Part shown: one piece after another, positions 57,516 to 64,000 of the stretch
Layout: every line of letters starts with the position of its first letter
Position numbering within the stretch: the stretch's first letter is position 1
Assembly (NCBI GenBank): GCA_963823555.1
Contig: CAWGMA010000001.1
Coordinates: forward strand, 800,001-864,000
Source of the DNA: Candidatus Eiseniibacteriota bacterium
Lineage (GTDB): Bacteria > Eisenbacteria > RBG-16-71-46 > CAVPCR01
Direction: 5' to 3'
DNA: 64,000 nucleotides
The notes under the pieces: model-generated
Told to the model about the DNA's origin: nothing
The model's input: the letters and a program-made list of their open reading frames with translations, nothing else
Databases searched by the model: none
Program-made: the position numbers and the translations under genes

Positions 57516-58906
57516 ACTCCCTCGCTGTCTTCCTGCAAGATGTCTGGTTCGCCGTCGGAGTTCACCTCTGGCAGACCGCGATCGTTCTCGTTCCGGTCCT
57601 CGTCCTGGCGCGCTGGTTCGCTCGGGTGCCGGCCCGCGCCCTCGACATCCTGTGGGGGCTCGCGCTCCTCAAGCTGCTCCTTCCGGCCGCTTTCATCGCG
57701 GAACTCATGGCTCTGCCCGCTCACATCGCGCCGCTGCTGTCCAGGCTCGGCCTTGCCACCGTGTCTCCAGCCGATACCTGGATTCGTGTCATCGACCCCT
57801 CGCTCGGGGTCACGGCAACCGCGCGCGATTCGACGCTGCTCGGACCGGCTCTTCTCCTCCTGACCGTGCTCTGGGCGGTGGTGGCGGTGGTGTCGATCCT
57901 ACGATCGGTCAAGGAGCTCGGCCGGCCTGACGCAACCGAGGTGGTTGCCCTGGCCGGACCGCAGCGGATCAAGCTCGAGCGGGCAGCGGCCGCCGCCGGG
58001 GTTCCCATCGAGAGCATCGTGGTCCATGGCAGGGACACGCTGCCCTTCGTCACGGGCCTCCTCAGCCCGCGCCTTCATCTTCCATCTCGCCTGGTCCACG
58101 AGATGACGAACGAGGACCTGGTTGCGGTTCTCCTTCACGAGCACGCTCACGCTCGCCGGCGGGATCCGCTCCGGCGCGCCCTCTACCGCGCTCTCGATGC
58201 GGTGTTGTTCTTCTACCCCGTGTGGTGGTTCTTGCGGGGGAAGCTCGAGGAGAGCGCCGAGCTGGTCTGTGATGACTTCGTGCTGCGGGCTGGGGTCCCG
58301 GCCGAGAGCTACAGCCGCGCCCTGGCCCGCTGCCTCGCCTCGAACCTCGTGGCAGACAGGCCGTCCTTTGCGGCGGCGATGGCGGAAGGCGGATTTCTCA
58401 AGCGCCGTCTCATCTCCTTGACGAGACGGGGGAGGTTCACAGTGATGAGTCGCTCTGGAATCATGCTGCTATCGGCCCTGGTTCTGGTCACGGCTGGATC
58501 CCTGGCGCCCGTCGTGATCACGGGTTGCGGGTCCGAGTCCGATCAGACGGCAGGGACGGAGTCGCCCGTGTCGAGCCCGGCGGCGACCGTGGCCGTGACG
58601 AAGGAAGGCGCCGCAGCGGACATGCAGGAGCTTGATGAGATGCCGAAGCTCATCGAGATGGGGAAGGTCGAGTACCCCGAGTCGGCGCGGAAGGCGGGTG
58701 CCGAGGGGATGGTCTTGATCAAGGCCAAGGTCTCGGCGGAAGGCAAGGTCGCCGAGGCCGAGATCGAATCGGGTGTGGAAGGCTACCCCGAGCTTGGAGA
58801 CTCGGCCCTGAACGCGGTGCGCGAGGCAACCTTCACGCCGGGCATCCTCGACGGGAAGCCTGTCGAGAGCTGGGTCAAGATCCCGGTCAAGTTCGCGCTC
58901 AATTAG
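57512..58906 (+). CDS. BlaR1-type M56 metallopeptidase fused to a TonB C-terminal domain
   Basis: TM helices, PF..GLL.P, HEHAH, E..CDD and LKRRL; C-terminal YPESARKAG.EG.V...F.P...DGKPV...IPVKF. Confidence 0.9.
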   Translation: MNSLAVFLQDVWFAVGVHLWQTAIVLVPVLVLARWFARVPARALDILWGLALLKLLLPAAFIAELMALPAHIAPLLSRLGLATVSPADTWIRVIDPSLGVTATARDSTLLGPALLLLTVLWAVVAVVSILRSVKELGRPDATEVVALAGPQRIKLERAAAAAGVPIESIVVHGRDTLPFVTGLLSPRLHLPSRLVHEMTNEDLVAVLLHEHAHARRRDPLRRALYRALDAVLFFYPVWWFLRGKLEESAELVCDDFVLRAGVPAESYSRALARCLASNLVADRPSFAAAMAEGGFLKRRLISLTRRGRFTVMSRSGIMLLSALVLVTAGSLAPVVITGCGSESDQTAGTESPVSSPAATVAVTKEGAAADMQELDEMPKLIEMGKVEYPESARKAGAEGMVLIKAKVSAEGKVAEAEIESGVEGYPELGDSALNAVREATFTPGILDGKPVESWVKIPVKFALN

Positions 58907-58940
58907 TCGGGGCTGCTCGTTGCTGGCGCGCCGCCCCGCG

Positions 58941-60170
58941 CTAGATCGCCGCGGTGACCGCTTCGAGGAGCCGCTCCGCCTCGGCCGCCGTGTTGTAGTG
59001 CACGAAGCTCGCGCGCACCACTCCCTCCTCGGGGGCGAAGCCGAGGGCGTGGCAGAGGTGATAGGCGTACATGTGGCCGTTGCGCACCGCGATGCCGGCG
59101 CGCTGGATGGCGGCGGCGATCTCGCTCGAGCGCCGCCTGGCGCTGACGAAGCTGATCGTGGGAACGCGTGAGCGATCGGTGGTGGGGGGGCCGATGAGGC
59201 GGATGCCAGGGATCTCGCCGAGGCCCCGGATCACGCTTTCTTGAAGTGGGAGCTCGAGGGCGCTCATCGTGGCGAAGGCGTTCTCGATCGTCTTCCGATC
59301 GCGCTCCACTCTTTCCGTCCCGGTCACGAATGCGAGGTAGTCCGCCAGGGCGAGGATCCCGGCGCAGCCCTCGTGCGAGGGCCCGCCCAGCTCGAACTTG
59401 TAGGGAAGCTCCTCCTTGGGAACGAAGAAGTGGTTGGGCCCGGTGAGCTCGGCCACCGCATCCGCTCGGCCGTAGAGCGCCGCCATGTGCGGCCCGTAGA
59501 CCTTGTAGGTCGAGTAGGCGTACCAGTCGACATCCCAGCGATCGACGTCGATCGCCCGGTGCGGGGCATAAGCCACGCCATCGACGACCACGCGCGCGCC
59601 GGCGTCATGGGCGAGCCGGGTGATCGCCGCCACGTCCACGACGTCGCCGAGCAAGTTCGAGACATGGGGGAAGGCGACGAGTGCGGTGCGCGGGGAGAGG
59701 AGCCGCTCGAGCTCGGGAAGCGGGCAGGTGAAGGTCTCGGGATCGACCCGCCAGTGACGGACGACGATACCCAGGCGCTCGAGCCGTGTCCACGGCCCGT
59801 GGTTGGCCTCGTGCGCGGTCTCGGCGAGGATGATCTCCCGACCGGGGCGCAGCACCTCGGCATAGCTGTCGGCCAGCATGCGCAGGAGCGCCGAGGTCGA
59901 CCCGCCGAGGATCACGTGCCCGCGGCCGCCATTCATGAACAAGCGCACGAACTCGTGCGCGTCATGGATGAGCTGGGTGCAGAAATCGGAGAGCGGGTAG
60001 CCGGCACCGACCTGGACGTAGGTCTCGAGCATGTAGTCGCGCATGCGCTCGGCGACCACGCGCGGCACTTGCGATCCCCCGGCGTTCTCGAGGAAGATGA
60101 GCTCCCCGGCCAGGGCGGGGAAGGCCTGGCGCAGGCGATCGACGGTGGCGTTCACGGTGGAGGGGTTCAT
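58941..60170 (-). CDS. Class V PLP enzyme (cysteine desulfurase-like)
   Basis: ENAGGSQ, HEAN, SNLLG, DGVAYAPH, PLP-Lys in STYKVYGPH and RASFVHYN. Confidence 0.88.
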   Translation of the reverse strand: MNPSTVNATVDRLRQAFPALAGELIFLENAGGSQVPRVVAERMRDYMLETYVQVGAGYPLSDFCTQLIHDAHEFVRLFMNGGRGHVILGGSTSALLRMLADSYAEVLRPGREIILAETAHEANHGPWTRLERLGIVVRHWRVDPETFTCPLPELERLLSPRTALVAFPHVSNLLGDVVDVAAITRLAHDAGARVVVDGVAYAPHRAIDVDRWDVDWYAYSTYKVYGPHMAALYGRADAVAELTGPNHFFVPKEELPYKFELGGPSHEGCAGILALADYLAFVTGTERVERDRKTIENAFATMSALELPLQESVIRGLGEIPGIRLIGPPTTDRSRVPTISFVSARRRSSEIAAAIQRAGIAVRNGHMYAYHLCHALGFAPEEGVVRASFVHYNTAAEAERLLEAVTAAI

Positions 60171-60240
60171 GGCAGGGAAGATAGCCGGTGCGGGTGACTG
60201 GGCTCAAGCGATTGCCGAGATCTCGTGGGGCCGCATCGCG

Positions 60241-61248
60241 ATGGCCGCGCTGATGGCGGGTTTCCTTCTCGCGCTCTTCCTCGCGGCCGCAGCCTGGGCC
60301 GGTGCCCCTCAGCTCCCCGATCCCATCACCGTCCACGTCTTCTACGACCACGACATCCACTTCGCTCCTGCCGACTCGAGCCGATACGACACGGGGGCCG
60401 TGACCGCAACGCATGGCGGTCGCGTCATCACCCGCATGGTCGAGCTGCCGCGCTGCGAGTATCCAGTGCGGATCACCGCCACCGTGGCCGTGCGGCCCAT
60501 CGCCAAGGACGAAACCGATGTCCACGATCGCTGGGACCGCGCCGGGAACGTGCGTCTCCGGGTTCCCGGTCGGTCCGATGTGGAGATCGTCAAGTTCATC
60601 ACCGCATACGGGGGCGCGACCGAGTATCAGCTCGACGTCACCGAGCTCGGGCCGCTTCTCACCGGCCGCGCCACCTTTCACGGATTCATCGATACCTGGG
60701 TGAGTCCGGCCTGGAAGATGGACTTCAGCCTCTGCTTCGCCCCGCTCGCGGACAGCCTGATCACCGGTTGGGTGGAGCCGGTCTTCTACGAGGAATCGCT
60801 CACCGCCGAGCGGCTGAGGGGGGATGGTGTGCTGAGTACCGTCGAGATTCCGCCCTCCGGCGGCCGCGTGGTCCTCCGCTACCTCGCCTCCGGGCACTGC
60901 ACGGACGGCCGCGGCGCCGACGAGTTCGAGACCAGGGACCACGTGATCACCGTCGACGGCCGCGAGGTGGCGCGGCTAAGGCCCTGGCGCGCGGACTGCA
61001 AGCAGTTTCGCGCCGTGAACCCGTATTGCCGGCGCTGGTCGGATGGTAGCTGGTCGGCCGACTACAGCCGGAGCGGGTGGTGCCCGGGAGATCAAGTCCT
61101 CCCCGAGGAGGTCGATCTGAGCTCGTTCCTTGAACCGGGCCGGCATACGCTGGGCGTGAACGTTCGCGGCGTGCGGCCCAAGGGCGAGGACGGGCACTTC
61201 GGTTACTGGCGCGTGTCGGCGGCGCTCGTCGGCTACTCCAGGCCATAG
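60241..61248 (+). CDS. Secreted peptide-N-glycosidase F-related protein
   Basis: Signal peptide; DRWDRAG, E...FITAYG, SGH...DEF and SRSGWCPG. The start codon is uncertain. Confidence 0.72.
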   Translation: MAALMAGFLLALFLAAAAWAGAPQLPDPITVHVFYDHDIHFAPADSSRYDTGAVTATHGGRVITRMVELPRCEYPVRITATVAVRPIAKDETDVHDRWDRAGNVRLRVPGRSDVEIVKFITAYGGATEYQLDVTELGPLLTGRATFHGFIDTWVSPAWKMDFSLCFAPLADSLITGWVEPVFYEESLTAERLRGDGVLSTVEIPPSGGRVVLRYLASGHCTDGRGADEFETRDHVITVDGREVARLRPWRADCKQFRAVNPYCRRWSDGSWSADYSRSGWCPGDQVLPEEVDLSSFLEPGRHTLGVNVRGVRPKGEDGHFGYWRVSAALVGYSRP

Positions 61249-61455
61249 CGGCCTCTCCGCCTCTTGACGAGCACGAGCCGCGCACGAGCCCGTTCGAGGT
61301 GAACCCGCGATCCCGGTTGCTGCTATTGTCCTCGCGGAGACGAGTCTGGCCCCGAGGCTCGGGAGCGCCGGCCGTGCCGGCGCGAGTCAGGCCCCGCTCC
61401 GCCCGGCGGGCGGATCCGAGGCCGAGTTCCGGTCCAGGATGGACTGGCCAAGGGG

Positions 61456-63960
61456 ATGGAACCCATGCGCTTGCCGCGTCTCATCGTTCTCGTTGTCGCG
61501 GGTCTGATTCTGGTCGTCGGGGCCGGATTCCTCCTCCTGCGTGTCATCTTTCCCCCCCAGCGGATACGGGCCGAGGTCGTCAAGCGGGCCGAGGCTGCGA
61601 CCGGCTATGACCTCGCCCTCGAGGACGCCGGCCTCCACCTCTCCCTGCGCGGGATCGAGGTGCGTCTCGAAGGCGTTTCGGTGCGCCATCCGGCGCGTGC
61701 CACCGAGGATCCGGTGCTCCGTCTCGAGCGTCTCGATCTCGGGGTCGAGCTGTTTCCGCTGCTGGCGCGCGAGCTCAAGGTCACGCGGCTTTCGCTCACG
61801 AAACCGCGGGTCTTCCTCTACAAGGATGCGCGCGGCGTCTTGAACGCCAAGGTCGAGCGGCCGGTGTCCCAGGCCGGCCAGGCGCCGGCGGGCGAGAAGA
61901 CAGCCGGCCTTCTCGTCGCCGTGCCGGCAGCACACATCGAGGATGGCACTCTCCTCTACATCGATGAGGCGACGCGAACGCAGTATGCCGTCGAAGGCCT
62001 GACCGGCGATCTCAAAGCCCGGGTCGACGCGGACACCGTGCGGCTCGGCGCTGACCTGGCGATCGGCGGCGTGCGCGCCGACATGAGATCCGGCGGGGGA
62101 GCAGCCTATGGACCGCTTCCGCTCGCTCTCAAGGCCGAACTCGCGCACGCTCCCGGAACCGGCGTCACCCTCGTGCGTGGCGCCGAACTCGGTCTGGCCG
62201 CCATCCAGCTCCGGGTCGATGGCCGGATCGACTCGCCGCCCCCCGCCCCTGGCGCCAAGGCCGAGCCGGTGCTCGATCTCAGCCTCGTATCCGGTGAGTT
62301 CGAGCCGGAGAAGGTGCTCTCGCTGGTCGGTCAGACCCTGCCGCAGGGCCTCCGAGTCGCCGGCAAGGCCAAGCTCTCGGCCACGGTTCGCGGGCCGGCC
62401 AAGACCGCCGACATGGCGGGCTCGCTGACGCTATCGGGCGTCGACGTGACTCCCCCGGACCGCTCCGGACCGCTCCTGACCGGAGTTGCCGGCGAGATCG
62501 GCTTCACGCGCACCACCCTCGCGGCGCGGAACATGCGTGGGGCCCTGGCCGGCACTCCATTCCAGATGTCGGCCACGGTCGAGAACTTCGCCAAGCCCGA
62601 GGTCACCGGAGATTTCTCCTTCACCGCCAAGCTCACCGATCTCGCCGCGCTCGCGACTCTGCCGCCGGGGATGGCGATCGAGAGCGGCACGCTCGCCGCC
62701 GATCTCGATTTCGCCACGCGCGCGCCCGACTTCGTGCGTTCACTCTCGCTCCGCGGCACCGCGCGCGGCGAGAACATCGCCGGCAAGCTGCCGGCGGTCG
62801 CGGTTCCGCTCGGCGATCTCGATTTCGATGCTCGCCTCTCCGGGCGCCAGGGCACGATCGAGCCCTTCCGGATGACGCTCGGCCGTTCCGACCTGAGCGG
62901 CCGGCTCGCGCTCTCGAGCCTCGATCCGCCGCGCCTGGACTTCGCTTTGAACGGAAAGCGAATCGACCTCGATGAGCTCATGGGCCCGCAGCAGGAACGA
63001 GAGCCAGCCACCACCACAGCCGCAGAGAAGGACGAGAAACCGTTCGCGGTTCCCATGCGCGGCACGGTCCGGGCCGATGAGCTCATCTACAAGGGGCTCG
63101 TCGCGCGCAATGCGAGCTTCATCGTCGCGCTCGACGAGGGCGGGCTCCGCCTGGACCAGATGCACGCCGCTCTTCTTGGCGGCACCGTGGACGGCAACGT
63201 CGTGGTCAACCTCGCCGATCCGGACTCGGTGCGCTACACCTCGGATCTCCAGGTGAAGGGCGTTGAGGCCAACGAGATCCTCACCGCCACCACACCGATC
63301 AAGAACCTGATTCACGGCAAGCTCGATGGGACGCTCGACCTGGCCGGGGTCAAGGCCGGAGATTCGACACCGCTAGCGCTCCTCGACGGGCTCGGGAATG
63401 CCACGGTGAGCGAGGGCTACTTCGCCGCGGACGGCCCCCTCGGCATGATCGCGAGCCAGATGGGACTCCTGGCCGACGGCCAGAGCCAGATCGACTTCCA
63501 GCGTCTGGTCGCGGCGTTCCAGGTGGACCACGGTCGCGTCAAGTTCCGGGATACCAAGATCGGATCGGCCCGCTCGGGCGAGTTCAATGTGAGCGGATCC
63601 CTGGGGCTCGACGGGACTCTCGACTACGCGGTGGCCGCCCTTTTGCCCAAGCGCTACCTGCCGCCCGATGTGACGCGCCGCCCGGAGCTGGTCGCGCTCG
63701 TCACCGATGGCTCAGGGCGTGTGCCGGTGGATTTCCGGATCACGGGGACCGTCCGCGATCCCCAGGTGACGGTCGACCTCGAGAAGATCCAGAAGCGGGT
63801 GGTCGCGGGTGCCGAGAAGCGGGTCGAGGCAGAGGTGCAGAAGGAAGTCACCAAGCAGTTCGACAAGGCGGTCAAGGAAGCTGCAAAGGGGCTCGAAGGG
63901 CTCTTCGGGAAGAAGAAGCCGGCCGCCAGCGACAGCGGAAAGGCGGCGCCCCCGCGGTGA
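61456..63960 (+). CDS. AsmA-family protein
   Basis: N-terminal TM anchor, long beta-rich body with IDLDEL and a C-terminal VDFRITGT..DP.V followed by an amphipathic helix. Confidence 0.8.
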   Translation: MEPMRLPRLIVLVVAGLILVVGAGFLLLRVIFPPQRIRAEVVKRAEAATGYDLALEDAGLHLSLRGIEVRLEGVSVRHPARATEDPVLRLERLDLGVELFPLLARELKVTRLSLTKPRVFLYKDARGVLNAKVERPVSQAGQAPAGEKTAGLLVAVPAAHIEDGTLLYIDEATRTQYAVEGLTGDLKARVDADTVRLGADLAIGGVRADMRSGGGAAYGPLPLALKAELAHAPGTGVTLVRGAELGLAAIQLRVDGRIDSPPPAPGAKAEPVLDLSLVSGEFEPEKVLSLVGQTLPQGLRVAGKAKLSATVRGPAKTADMAGSLTLSGVDVTPPDRSGPLLTGVAGEIGFTRTTLAARNMRGALAGTPFQMSATVENFAKPEVTGDFSFTAKLTDLAALATLPPGMAIESGTLAADLDFATRAPDFVRSLSLRGTARGENIAGKLPAVAVPLGDLDFDARLSGRQGTIEPFRMTLGRSDLSGRLALSSLDPPRLDFALNGKRIDLDELMGPQQEREPATTTAAEKDEKPFAVPMRGTVRADELIYKGLVARNASFIVALDEGGLRLDQMHAALLGGTVDGNVVVNLADPDSVRYTSDLQVKGVEANEILTATTPIKNLIHGKLDGTLDLAGVKAGDSTPLALLDGLGNATVSEGYFAADGPLGMIASQMGLLADGQSQIDFQRLVAAFQVDHGRVKFRDTKIGSARSGEFNVSGSLGLDGTLDYAVAALLPKRYLPPDVTRRPELVALVTDGSGRVPVDFRITGTVRDPQVTVDLEKIQKRVVAGAEKRVEAEVQKEVTKQFDKAVKEAAKGLEGLFGKKKPAASDSGKAAPPR

Positions 63961-64000
63961 GCAGGAACCACCTCCCGCCAGCGCGCCGCCGTGTCGGAGG

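Overview
High-GC bacterial window (about 68-70% GC by eye), probably from an FCB-related candidate phylum such as Eisenbacteria, Latescibacterota or Krumholzibacteriota; this is inferred from the many secreted proteins with FlgD/T9SS-like or 'WGxxKxxY' C-termini. In order: a type IV pilus locus (partial pilD, pilMNOPQ behind a sigma-54 promoter); housekeeping genes (purD, purE, tsaC, LMW phosphatase, glyA, LOG-family); a six-gene lipid-modification cluster resembling furan fatty acid biosynthesis; secreted and signalling proteins. The main finding is a 12-kb, eight-gene respiratory operon (22.7-34.7 kb). It joins a DsrL/GltD-like NAD(P)-flavin-FeS protein, a Rieske protein, a fused cytochrome b6+subunit IV and a 7-heme cytochrome c to a Tat-exported NXR-type molybdoenzyme (alpha, beta, heme-b gamma, TorD chaperone). 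After it come corA, a heavily frameshifted DUF362/polyferredoxin/aldo-keto reductase block, pyk, a cluster of secreted proteins, a BlaI/BlaR1-TonB pair with visible operators, a class V PLP enzyme, a PNGase F-like gene and an AsmA-family gene. No rRNA, tRNA, CRISPR array or mobile element was recognised. All calls come from reading motifs by eye; no database searches were run.
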